Below, in pieces: positions 39,635-52,269 of a stretch of DNA of 64,000 nt. Origin of the DNA: Haplodiscus bocki (lineage: Eukaryota); NCBI GenBank assembly GCA_965655095.1, contig OZ296651.1, forward strand, positions 35,588,001 to 35,652,000, given 5' to 3'. The notes beneath the pieces were generated by a model. It was not told the DNA's origin and searched no databases. It saw nothing but the letters and a program-made list of their open reading frames with translations. Each line of letters begins with the position of its first letter. Position 1 is the first letter of the stretch. The position numbers and the translations under genes were made by a program.

Positions 39635-42600
39635 TTCACGTCTTTTGACGTGCGCTGTTCGAGACTTAGTTTGGAAACATTTTGAGCTTCGTTTGAGCGA
39701 TCTTTAGATTTTTGGAAACATTCTATTTTCTTCCAGAGTCCTTCATTTTTGCAGTATTATTTTTGTTTCGGCCCTGTTGTTGGATATAGGTATGTTCCAG
39801 GAGAAAATCTCCGTTCTCCCATGATTATGTTATCTATTTGAGTGATGAGACGGCTAAATTGCCCAAACAAGAGACAATTATTCGGCTAGCTAGGAATAGA
39901 ACATTTTCTTCATAAAGTCTACGTCAGGTTGAACTTTAGGAAAGCTGTATATTTGTTCTAGTTTAACCAGAACTTGCATTCCGTAAAAAATGTGATACAG
40001 TTTCGTAATTCTTCTCCATGGTTTCTCTGGATGAAGAATGCCAAAAACAACAATTTAAGATGCATCGGCAACGAAGTAGATTGCTCAATATTCGTCGGGC
40101 AACGCTACAATGAACTCGGCACAGAGCTCACCTTTGAGAGGATCAGTGGAATATTGAGATTCCTAACCGGCGCAAGTTTTAGTTTGGTTTCTACTTTCCG
40201 TTAGAAGTGCGGTTTCCGCAGCGTGGTTCACAATGGAATTTGGGCGTTAGCTGTTCAGATGGAAGAAACTCTAGATTTCTTTGCAACTGTAAAGAGGTTC
40301 CCAACAATGGAAAGCTTCTTGTTGTTTGGGTTCAGGGTAGACACTTGTCACGTCTACAATGTTCCCTCTTTAATAGATAGTATCACCAGTGTTTTCGTAA
40401 TGAATAATTTTCAGTTTTTCCCCGCAGCTGGAGACCAATCAATTCGTCAAGATTTCAAGCAATGTCTTTCTTGGCTTTTGATGTTGTTGCCAAAGCTGTC
40501 GAATTTGCACATGAGGAGGCGATAGCTAGGGACAGCATTTCTTAAAATTGTCGTCACGGTACACCTGAAAGATTTAGAGACGGTACGCTGACGAGCATTG
40601 TAGAGACGACAGGCTTCTGTTTAGATTGGAAGAGTCGTAGTTGATATTCGAAGGCGGTTTTCTCGTCGCTTTGCTGATTGGAAACTGACAAAAGGAAAAA
40701 TCAAAATTCAATGAGGTGATAAATGTAGCGTTGCTTAATTAAAAACAGTACTTTTTAAGGTTTTTTATTCGAAATAGAAGATAAAGCAACATTATATCGG
40801 TTTATTGATTTAAGTCGTCAAAATCTTCACGAATAAAAAAGCATAGTCTACCGCATACATGAAGGTCCCAAGAAACAATAATTGTCACTCGGGCCGAACT
40901 TTTGTCCAATATTTTTTACGACAAAGGCGCATACACGGAGGCAAAAAGGAAAACTCCTGGGAACTCGTAGCAAAATAGCGGCGGATACCGGCGTTCGTGG
41001 AAAGATAGAGTCGGTTACCGGACTTTCATAACAAAATTCTGCCGTTAGCAGAATTTGTTATGTTGATTTTAAGTTTTCAAAAAATGTTTCAAAGATGTGT
41101 TTAACGTTTCTGGGGCGAACCCAAAAACTATTCATAATTCCAGAGGATAAAATTTGGAAAAGGAATTTCAAACCTCGTAAACTAATTTCTGTTCAGTTCA
41201 CAAAATGCATCTATGTCAGTTTTTGAAAACCACAATTTCAAAGCAAAAAATGCTTTTTGCTTCTTTCGGAAAAAAATTCAACCACCAAATTTTGTTATCA
41301 GATTTATGCCAATCAAATAATGTTTCATCGTTAAAATTCGGTATCGGGCGAACTTCTGGGGGATCCAGTTTTCCTGTAAAGTCAGGGTCCTCTATGTGGG
41401 CGGTGAGCACAAAAACTTGCCGTTTGAATAACTTGCCGAAATATCTTAGAACAATTGGTTGAGTAACTGAGCAAGGTTTGAGATCTGCTCTTTAAAAGGT
41501 TTCAAGTTTGCCCTAATTCAAAATTCAGAGGGTTCGAGTGAAATGCGGTCGTTATTTGCGATGTTTTCTTGAATGTTTCGATGCGTTAGTTGAGGTTTCT
41601 ACGTTCACGGAATATTTCGGGAATAGGTTTTACCACTTCTCAAGGAAAGGAGAATTGAATCAAATTTTTTCGAGAGTCGTGTTCGCTACAATGCTAATTT
41701 CATTAAATTACTACTATGAATGCAAAAAGATGTTCAGCAATGGAGTTAATTTGAAGTAAAATGATGAGATACAGGATGAAGCCTATTGTATCTAGCGTAA
41801 CCGAGATACTGAATACTACTCGATAATCACTATTTGTCTTGCTGCGGACGAGCATTCTTAACATCAGTGAATTCGTATTGGGTCTTTGTTTTCGGCGTTG
41901 GTTTACCATAAAGAGTGTGAAAGGCACAAGCAAATCTATGCAAACCATTGCGCAAATTTGTTGATAAAATAAATCTACTGAGAATAAGCTCTAAACAAAG
42001 AATGGGGGTTGACTTGGAGGATCGTTCAAGTAACAGAAGATGTCTAAAACACTTTACAATTTACATTGGAAAATTTCTGTTAGGGGATGTATCACCTAGG
42101 TGGTTGCAGTATATTCACTCTAGTGCTATGGCTTTTCTAGGACACCAGGTAACGTTTCAGGAGCTGATACATTCATATATGTCTGTGTACACCTGCAATT
42201 ATTGAGTCGGAGGCACGATAGCCTCAGGCATTGACAAATGTCTGTTTTAGCATATTTACGAGTCATTCATATATCAGACATCGGAAAATCCATCTTTGAC
42301 GGATGACAACCGATGTTTCTCATAAATACTATTATAAAAATCCTTTCTGTTTGTGTTCTTTTTATTGCCAACATGTTTATATTTTTTTTCATTGTGAGAG
42401 TTCTTGTGTTTGTCTACTGAAGATTGAATTGTGGGGCAAAAACATGAAGACGGATGTTTTCCGATATGGCTTAGATTCAGCCGATTCATTGAATTTGCAG
42501 TCTGATTAGTCGAGTTATTGCATCACAGAAGGCATTCGTAATGATTCCGGTTCCCGACTAGAGACACCCTATGTTTGCTAGTTTTACTAATCATTTTAAT

Positions 42601-42658
42601 TTTCGGCTTTCTGTCAGAAACTACCGCGAAAATGTTTCACGTTTCTGGTTACATCTGC

Positions 42659-43889
42659 TGTCATGCCGTCGCATGAAAGAAATACGAACTATATGAAATG
42701 ATTAATCGAGTAGCCTATGTGGAATATATGAATCTTTTATGCTAAATATATTCATCTAATACATAAGAAACTTATGCAGTTTTATACCACAGAATATTTT
42801 GAACGCCTCAATGTACCTTATATCTTTCTAATCAGTTATATACGCATTTATGTATTACATGTTTTCTAGGGAGCCACATTGCCATTGTTGTGCACTCTTA
42901 TACGTTGAAATTACGTTCCTTGTCATCAGAAATGTTAAAAATCACAGCCAAATTGTTAAACATAATCCATTCACTGCAGTATACTTTAGTTAGTTAACGA
43001 GATCTCATTTTCGTTTGAAGAAGATATACTTCATTCCTACGTTGGGTTTCATTGCTGAACGTTGTCTAGAGAAGCCTGTTTCTCATGCTACACAGTCATT
43101 TCCAAAAATCAGCATTAGAGAACTATATTGAGCCCCCATGTTTTTGCTAGAAGCTATTCATCATTAATCATTGCCATATTAAAGAATTACTGCAGCCACG
43201 AGCACGAGACATCGGCTTGCGGCCAATCAAAGTGCAATTTATAATTAAGGCCATAGAAGTGGATGTGAGGCTTGTTTAGCGTTGTCACCTAAGTGCTATC
43301 ATAGGTGCTACGGCAAGTAAACAATGGTAGTTCAGGATAGTGATAGTGCCACATGACCATTTATCATCAATTGACAGCCCAGTAAAGGCAACTCAATTCA
43401 TTATACCCACAGTAATGTCAAGATACAGCTTGTAACGACACAAATCACCTTTCGCAAAATATCCATTCAGCTATAGTACGATCAGGAACATTAGACCACA
43501 TTACATTACTAATTTCATTTTGTACATATTTAAACCCCGTTTTGTAACCTCAACAAACTAATTCAAGATATACATCAAGTAATAGTATTTTGCAAACCGA
43601 AATGAGTACCCCAATAGTGGAAGGAGTGAACACTATTGAAACTGGTGACGAGACTCGCAGTTTGAGTGCTCATGAAGTAGAGGATGTCAACAGTGCTACT
43701 AGGAACTCGAGTACCCCCGTTATGTTTGAGGAAGGAGCTGGACAGATCAAGGCGGCTACTGATCCATTGACTAGACAGTTACAACGGCTCTGTGATGAAA
43801 AGAGCTCAAACAGGCCCTTCCGACTTGTAATGAAGAAACCTGTGGCTTAATCCAAGGTCCATCGAGGCCCCACAGCAGTAGGTTTGACA
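42659..43889 (+). mobile_element. Solo LTR of a different family (1231 bp, TGTCA...TGACA), TSD TCTGC/TCTTC, with an ORF start in its 3' part
   Basis: 5-bp inverted termini and a 4/5 TSD match. ATG at 43602 opens MSTPIVEG...QIKAATDPLTRQLQRLCD running toward the LTR end. Confidence 0.65.
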
Positions 43890-43965
43890 TCTTCAATTTT
43901 GGATTTGGTGTTTATGAAGCTGTAAATTTTTAAAATGCTCAGTAATAATTGTTTATACATACCAC

Positions 43966-45705
43966 TGTCGCAGCACACCTGCGAAGCCTGCGGGCAGATA
44001 ATCCCAGCAGCAAAGGACACCCCAGGCCCATCAAACAGAATCTAGGATTCTGAAGAAATCGAATATACTTTTAAACTAATGACTTTCCTTCATAAATAAT
44101 GTATTTTTAACCGTATGTATATATATATATAAGTACGTAGACACTACGTACCCCCACTAATGCATAATAACATGAATGGTATACGTGGATGGCACGTAAC
44201 AACTACGTGCCACCTAACGCTATCCCATTCATGAAAAGAGCACGTACCCTGTACGTGGAATTCTGGTGAACTGATCCTTATTGGGACGGAATAGATACGG
44301 AGCAAATGAATATTCATTGTATTTTATATTTATATTAGGTGCTATTTTATATAATTAATCAAACTAATTATTATATAAATCCACCTTTCTAAATTGACTA
44401 GTGCAGTATGTGATCTATTTAAATTGACAGCTTGTCGAGTTTCAATAGCTGGACTATTAAGAACAGAGCTTGACTTTAAAAGTGAATATTTGTTCCGTAT
44501 GTGTTCCGTCGTAACTAATCTGGTGACGTCACTAGAATTCTTAACCAATCAGATGTGCTATTAGGCTGCGCAACTTTGGTCGGCCACGTGTCGTCTACGT
44601 GCCACCGGATTCATTTCTCCTCAGTTGTACTGCGGAAGGTAGTGCTACAAGCGGCACGTAGCCGCCACGTGCCACCACGGCCAAAGTGAGCCGTAGCCTA
44701 GTAGAAACGTGGAACGGGCTAGGATTTACGCCTAGTTTGTCCCAGAAAATGAATTTAACCGATGCAACATGTAACCATGAAGATTTTCAGTATTAGTACA
44801 TATTTATTTCATACATTTCCATTTATTTTCAAGCGCATTTTTAAGTATTCTCCAATTATGGAAATTGCTTTGATCTTTACTTTATGTCGATATTTATGTG
44901 TCGGCGCGGGAATAACCACTTTGATGTCCATTTCCGACGGATCGGACCGTACTCTTTTCTGTCGAAAGATGGAAAGGACGCGGTCCGTGAGGGAAGAAAT
45001 GGATGGAAGGGTGTTTATTTCCCGCCAGAGTCGGCATCTTTTTCTTTGATATATAACATGATTAAAGTACTTTTCCCTATTTGTACCTTGACCTGGCGTG
45101 TAAACAATTATGTTTCCCGCCAAGGAAAGGTATAAATAGGAGAAATGAAAGTACAATTATTATTAATTAAATTGCCGCCTTACCGTACTGTACATTTATT
45201 AACCTTTGACTATTGGATTGAAAAGACTTCTCCCTCATATTAAAAGAGGATAATAATCTGACCAACAATACAAATAGAAAATTCAGTCTTGACCGCTGAA
45301 AAGGTTTTCCCAAGCGAAATGGCAACATTGAGAAATAAAAAAAGTTAGCAGCAGTTTCAAGAGAAACACTTGAAAGTACTAGAAGTGGGAGAGTACCGAA
45401 CATTCTAGACCCAGAATTAACTCAGGATTACATCTCTCAAGTCTTCGAAGAGATTGAAGGTAGAGTTACTAAAAAACTCTCAAAAGAATTCAGTAAAACA
45501 GAATCACGGATCTTGGGAGCCTTGTCGAAACTTGACGAGTTTCTCTTGAACCCACAAGTTCGGACTTGTTCCGTAGTTGCCCCAGGAACCTCTAGGAGCA
45601 ACAATCTAGAAAACCAGGGAACCAATGAGGATCGTCCCTCAGACGATCCTGGGCCTGAAGTGGAGTTTTCTTCCCCCATCCCAGGGGCAGAAACAAATCC
45701 TCACA
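43966..45705 (+). repeat. 5' LTR (1740 bp)
   Basis: TGTCGCAGC...ATCCTCACA; direct repeat of 57702-59439. Confidence 0.97.
44903..45138 (+). promoter_or_regulatory. LTR core promoter: three E2F-like sites and a TATA box
   Basis: GGCGCGGGAA (44903), TTTCCCGCC (45018 and 45113), TATAAATA (45131). Upstream are a CRE-like TGACGTCA (44524) and CCAAT (~44545). The same layout is seen in the diverged solo LTRs. Confidence 0.6.
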
Positions 45706-46943
45706 TGGTGACAGGAGTTACAAGAGAATTTCGTCAACACCCTCACGTGACTATGGAAACCCAAGAAGAAATTCCCTACTGTTCCACTAGTACTTCATCA
45801 GGGAAACAGAAGAAGGCGCGCTCCACAAGTCAACCTCAATTTCGCAGTGAGAATACCCCTGCGACACTGGAGGCAGACCAGATTTTGTTGGCCCTTCAGC
45901 AATTGGCAACGAACAGTAATTCAGCCAATTTCAACAACAACATTAGCCGAAATTCGAAACTGCCGAAATCTCTAACAACGACAATGCCCACGTTTGATGG
46001 AAAATCAGCGAAATTCGAGCTATTTGAAGACTTATTCCAAACGAGTTTGAAAATTCATAACCAGCTGACAGAAGATGACAAGATTAACTACTTCCACTCT
46101 CTCATGCGTGGCGATGCCTTGCAGACTTTCAAAAACATCACCAGCCCCAACAGAGAGAATCTGGTAGAAATTCTGACTGTATTCCGCAGGAAATATGTCA
46201 AACCCCAGTCAATGGCTACCGCGAAACACAAATTTCAACGACTAGTCTTCAATCCAACAAACCAGAAGTTAAATGATTTTCTTGACGAAATCCAGAAACT
46301 AGCGAAAGACGCATTCGGAGTTGCCGCACAAGCCATTATAGAACAATTCATCTATGCCAAAATGCCTCCTCACCTGAAGAAATCAATTAACCAGGCGCAT
46401 TTGGAGAATGGCACATATGAACAGATTGTGTCGCATCTTGAAAGGGAGTTGGAACTAAATGGTTTGGAAGCCCCAGATGAAATGCAACTAAATTCCGTGA
46501 TGCAACAAGACACACAACAAAACTCCGGAAAGCCCAAACCAACGTGCCACCATTGCAAAAAGCCAGGCCACTATCGAAATTAATGCCGTCAACTCAAACG
46601 AGAAAAAGACCAAGTCCAAAACAATACAGATAGTGCGACAAATCATAAAAATAGCAATGGTAGTGCCCAAACAAACTCTAACCCCAATCAAAAAGCAACA
46701 GTTGCAAATAAGGCGAACAATGCAAATAATCAAAGAGACAGGAAAACTAGACCTGTTTTCCCACCCTGTGAGACATGTGGCAGGACAAACCACTCCACGG
46801 AGAGATGCTACCTTGGAGCAAACGCAGCGAACAGACCGCCGCCCAGAAATAGACTGCCGGAAGGACAAAACCAAGCCCAACAGAGAAATACTCAAAATGG
46901 CTCAGACGGGAATGTCCAAGCTGCAGCCCAACCTTTAAACTAA
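45319..46943 (+). pseudogene. gag: Gag (~541 aa reconstructed), starting inside the LTR; two CCHC knuckles; 1-nt deletion at ~45338 and premature TAA at 46581
   Basis: The 3' LTR copy gives the intact start MATLRNKRKLAAVSRE (59052). Capsid-like MPTFDGKS..FELFEDLF; knuckles CHHCKKPGHYRN*C and CETCGRTNHSTERC; stop at 46941-46943. Confidence 0.92.
45706..45718 (+). other. Primer-binding site TGGTGACAGGAGT (tRNA-Leu-like), inside the gag frame
   Basis: TGG directly after the LTR-terminal CA. One mismatch to the tRNA-Leu-type PBS TGGTGTCAGGAGT. Confidence 0.75.
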
Positions 46944-46987
46944 CTGCGCCACGTTTTCACTCCGGAAATGCACGTCACATACCGGAG
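46934..46987 (+). promoter_or_regulatory. -1 programmed ribosomal frameshift signal (T TTA AAC) with a downstream stem
   Basis: The heptamer is in the correct phase directly before the gag stop. The -1 frame is open from 46934 into the protease ORF. CTCCGG/CCGGAG can pair at ~46960 and 46982. Confidence 0.85.
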
Positions 46988-49900
46988 ACTAATAAAACAA
47001 CTAAACTTCCACCAATTCCCGAGGTTGTCTGGCAGCAACCTACGGAGACCAATACAAAACAAGATGATGTTAATAATATTACTAAAGACTCAACTTCAAA
47101 GACTGATGTAGCACGTCAAACTACGCCACCTAAGGGAACCCAACCACAGAAATACGTGGACACCACGGAACAATCTTCAGGAAACAAAACAGGAAATGAA
47201 CCAGTATCGTTCCCCAGTTGCTCCAAAGACTCCTCTACCAATAGCCAAAATACAGAGCAGCACATAACGACTACCCCTAACAAAGAGATGACAACTCCAC
47301 CTCTCAATACAGCAACCCCACTAATTGAGGAAAGGCTAGTGAGAGATGAGCAGACAAATGAGTTGTACCTCCCATTAACATCTACAGTAGTCCTGAAACG
47401 AAAGCAAGAAATGCTTTATGTGCCTCTGGATTTTGAGAACAACCATACGGTAGATGCCCTGGTGGACTCAGGAGCATTTGTCAGTGGAATCGCCCAGGAT
47501 GACTTGGAAATGATAAAACAGAAAGCCCCGAATAACATTCTCAAAATCGACAATCCGCCCAATTTTCAAATACAAGTAGCTAATGGCCAGTTAGAGAAAC
47601 CATTATCAACAGCCACATTAAAATTTGAAACTGGAGATAACTCTTTCGCTGAACATTTCGTCGTAATGAAGAAATTAACGGGACCTATAATTGGGTTGCA
47701 TTTTATGAGAAACAACAGTGTAGTCATTGACACGACACACGGCCTCATACATTTTCCCCACTTGACGATGCAGGTGAAAACAGCCTCAAGTGAAATAACC
47801 ACCAAACCGCAACCAGTCATCATGGACGAAGACCTCACAATACCACCAGCGACAACAAAAACAGTCACAGCCTACAATGACCATCCCTCGAAATGGAACA
47901 CAACAGGCACTGTGACACCGTTGGAGAAGTTTACAGAAACAGCGAGTCTGCTGATTTCCCATTCAATGTCAACAATAATTGACAAGAGAATAGCAGTTAG
48001 AGTGACCAACACAACGGAATCACCATATCTCATCAAAAAACACACACAGATTGCAGAATTCTCCGTGGTTACTCCGGAGCAATCTAAACACATCAAACCA
48101 GTAGATATGGCAATCCTCAGTATGATTCCACAAGGCGATCCTGACCTAACTGCCTACCTAAATGAACTTCTCAGGACCAACAAACCCGAGCAGCAAGCGA
48201 ACACGTTCTGGTTCCCGACACCCGATAATCCTGGAAAGCCTGAGGATCACACCCCAATACAGACAAGAATCCTCAAGGAATTGAACGAACTGAAGGACAA
48301 GGAAAAACTCAATCCACAAGAGAGCGCAGAATCTCGAAACAAATTTCTCAAACGTTTTGATTGGACTGACACGCTTCTTACAGAAACGGAAAAACAAGCA
48401 AATGAAGACATCCTGGTTGAATATCATGATATATTGGCCAGACACAGAATGGATATTGGGATGAACACCGAGTTCCAGGTGAAAATAACTCCTAAAGACG
48501 ATAAAGCTGTATATAGCCAGAGTCTACCCATGCCAATCCACCTGAAAGAAGACCTGATTGTTGAACTGGCCCTAATGCACAAATATGGAATCATTACAGT
48601 ACTGCCCTTTTCCAAGTACGCGAGCCCAATAATTGCACAAAGGAAGCCTAACGGAAAACTACGTCTCCTTGTGGACCTACGAAAAATCAACAGTCTGATT
48701 GCAGATGACTATACTAATAACAATCATCCAGTTAGTACTCTGTCAGACGCAGCACAACACTTGGCAGGAAAGTCACTGTTCTGCAAACTAGATTGGTCCC
48801 AAGCGTATCACTGTTTGCAGATGGCAGAACAACGGTCAGTGGAGATGCTCGCATTCAATTTTGCCAGCAGAACCTTTGCCTACAAAAGACTAGAACAAGG
48901 TCTCAGCAGATCTGTGTCTGCTTTTTCAAGTTTCATGCGTGAGTATTTGGACCCAGTCGTCAAAGCTGACCAATGTGCTCAATACGTAGACGACATTGGA
49001 ATCGCAGCCAACAATGCCACGGACCTTACCCGGAATATCCGAGCAGTCTTCAAGTGCATCCGCCAAGCAGGATTGAAACTGACAATCGAAAAATGTCATT
49101 TTGGAGTCAGAGAAGTTGAGTTCCTAGGACGAACAATTTCACCAGAAGGAATCTCACCACAAGCCCGGAAAATCCAAAACTTCCTTGCTAAACTTCGATT
49201 CCCCAAATCAAAGAAGGCATTGCAGCGCTATCTGGGATTCGTGAACTATTACAGACATTATATTCCCAGAATGGCTGAAAAACTCAATCCGTTCTACAAA
49301 TTGCTTAAAACGGAAGTGCCAATCAATTTTACGTCAGAATTGAAAGAAACATTTGATTCAGTCAATGCAGCTCTCAGCAATGCGTGCGAATTAGCATTGA
49401 AACAACCCATTCCAGGAAAGTAGCTTGTCTTAATGACAGATGCCAGCTTCAGAAGTGCGGGATACGCCCTAATGATTGAAGATAACCCCGATCAAAAAAT
49501 ACAGTCAAAGCGGAAAACCTATGCCCCCGTGGCATTTGGCTCAAAAATTTTCTCCCCTGCACAACTTAAAATGTCTATATACTCCAAGGAATTTCTTGCA
49601 ATCTACATGGCATTTCTTGAATTTGCATACATTTTGTGGGAAGCAACAAAGCCAACGATTGTCTTAACAGATAACAAGTCTGTCACCCGCTTTTTCCAAA
49701 CGAAGGCAATCCCCCCAGCACTCTGGAATGCATGTGATTATGTATTGCAATTCAATTTTAAAATAGCACACATTGCCGGATCAGTCAACACAGCAGCTGA
49801 CTTTCTCTCTAGGCTTGAACTTAAAGTTACGGAGAAGATACGTGTCAAAATTCGGGAGGATATTCAGACAACACCCATTGAAGTGACCACGTTGTCCTCG

Positions 49901-51814
49901 GATGTTGCTGACGAAGAACAAGTTTTCTTCACTTGCGCAGACAACGCTCAAGAATCAGAAGAACAGACTCTTGAACGGAAAAAGCAATCGCGACAAAATG
50001 CGAAGCAATGGGCCGCGAACGAAGAACTACTTGCTTTAAAAACGAGTGTGAAAGAAATCACAAAGATCGACGGGAACACTACGTCGTTTTCCATCAACGG
50101 AATTAAAGCAACTGCAAGAATACGAGTAGAGCAGGACGTTGATCTTGTGTTGAAGAACCTGAAACTGAAAATTTTAGGCCAACCATTTGATGAAGTGTTA
50201 ATAACGACAGATTCGCGATACAAACATTACAAGGCAAATGAAGATCGCATAATCCTTAAAGATGGCCTATTATACAGAAAATATTTTGGAGAAACAGGTA
50301 GCGTCAAATACTACCAAATTCTTATTCCCAAGCAATTAGTTAAGGAAGTCCTACGCAGCTTGCATGGAGAATTTGGCAAGCACCAGGGAATTTTCAGAAC
50401 AATAATTGCTTGCAGGGAAAAATATTACTTTCCGAAAATGGCGCAATTAATCAGGGAGTGGGTCATGTCATGTGAGCAATGCATCAAAGAATCCCGTGTT
50501 GATCCCAGCCTCACCCGCCCTCCCCTGCAAAATCCAAACGAACACATTACTGCGCCCGAAGATGCAATTCAAATTGATTTGGTACCGGAATTACCGCCAT
50601 CTGGTGGTTACGAAAACATTGTGACAGCTATGGATGTGTTTTCCCGCTTTTTATTCGCGTACCCGACAGCAAATCAAGACGCCAAAACAATCGCTAAAGT
50701 CTTAATTAACATAATGACTAAGCACGCCTACTTACCAACGACGCTCATCTCAGATAAAGGTACAGCCTTTACGTCACATGTAATTAAAGAAGTGGCCGGC
50801 GTCCTTGGCGTTACTCTAAAGGACGCCACTACAAAGCACGCTCAAACAATTGGGCTACTTGAGCGATCTCATGCGTCAATCAAGAAAGCATTGAAGATTG
50901 AGACAGGCGAGCGGCGATCACTTTGGCATAAATACGTCAACATTGCAGTTCTCAATTATAACACTTCTTATCACACAAGCATTGGCTGTGAGCCAAGCCG
51001 AGTCTTTCACGGCAGAATTCCCTACAACATTCTTGATTTAAAATTGGGAATTCGCCCACAGCAACAGCCTATTCCCACTTCGCAAATTGCCCAAGATATA
51101 CTCGAGCAAACCGAAATGATCCACCAAGATGTACGCAAGAACACTATGCAAGCGTATACTAAATACAAGGCCTACTATGACAAAAAGGCCAACGCTTCAA
51201 AACTCAAAGAAGCAGATTATGTATATATCTTGCAGCCGAAAGCGGATCATCAAGGAAGCAAAATTCCATTCACAGAATTTCGATGGGTTGGCCCGTATAT
51301 TATCGAAAAGGCACTACCAAATAATAACTATCTGGTACGCAAAATTGGCACAAACAAGACGCAATTGCTTCATCGAATGAGAATGCGTCAATTTACACCC
51401 GGCCAACCACCAGCAGACATCACAGTCAAGCCGCAAGATTATAAATCCGATACCGAAGTGAATATTAATCACGACGATTTATATGCAAGGGCGTGGGAGT
51501 ATGATTTCGAGCAGCCAATTTTCGACGCCGAGAACGACAACGCGGCGCCACCCAATCCACGAGAAATTCCAGTACAGTCTGATTTTTTAACGGAGGAAAT
51601 GAGGAACACGCAAGGAGCCACACACGAGTGTTCCCCAGAAATTTTTCCCCCAACGGACGAAACTAGCGACGTAGCAGATACGTATACACATGTGGAACCA
51701 GATGTGGGGACAAGCTCGGAACAACAAGGAAATAGCCCGAGCAACCCCCGCAGCTCCAAATACAACCTGCGTCATAACCCGAAGCCGAATTGCAATGACG
51801 ACTACAGATATTAA
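46934..51814 (+). pseudogene. pol: Pol (protease, dUTPase-like spacer, RT, RNase H, integrase); single in-frame TAG at 49421
   Basis: PR LVDSGA; RT LRLLVDLRKIN and YVDD; RNase H TDAS and ADFLSR; integrase HHCC (H..GKH..CEQC), IDLV/SDKG/LERSH and GPY. ORFs 47156-49423 and 49433-51814 are in the same frame. Confidence 0.95.
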
Positions 51815-52093
51815 CTTGTCTGTGGAACAAGTGTGTTCCACGTATTGCGCACGTAGACATTCCTCCAAATGTGTCCCACGTAGTGCGCACGTGGGCGCTC
51901 CCTAAAAATCCAAACAAATGCGCTACGTGGCACGTAGGTGGCAGCCCGAACTGACTGACACACCTCGACTATGGCTATTCCCTGGCGACTAACTCATCTG
52001 CTACACAGTAAAGACTATTCCAAAACACGGCCACTAAGACTAAATTCATCAATATTCCATTATATATTTGGCCGGTTATTCCGCTATTATTCA

Positions 52094-52179
52094 TTTATTT
52101 CCTTTTTTCTTTTCTGTTTTGGCGGACTAATAGACTACTATTATATATATACATGCATTCAACAATAAATATCAATAAA
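52094..52179. terminator. Convergent candidate polyadenylation signals between pol and the antisense gene
   Basis: AATAAA on + at 52164 and 52174. AATAAA on - at 52094-52099, ~170 nt after the antisense stop. Confidence 0.5.
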
Positions 52180-52269
52180 GAAGGCAGTTCAAGGTGGCAC
52201 AACGAGCAAATCAATCAAATTGGCGAACGACAAAACAATTAAAAATGTTCAGATGCTAAAAAATTCTGT

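Noticed and set aside
44762-45156. Short ORFs repeated in the LTRs (95-115 aa)
   Set aside because: They overlap promoter motifs, and their starts, stops and frames are not consistent among the related LTRs.
49421-49423. Programmed read-through stop in pol (also TAA 46581 in gag)
   Set aside because: Both are best explained as single C>T changes of Gln codons within conserved domains (RT/RNase H junction; zinc knuckle).
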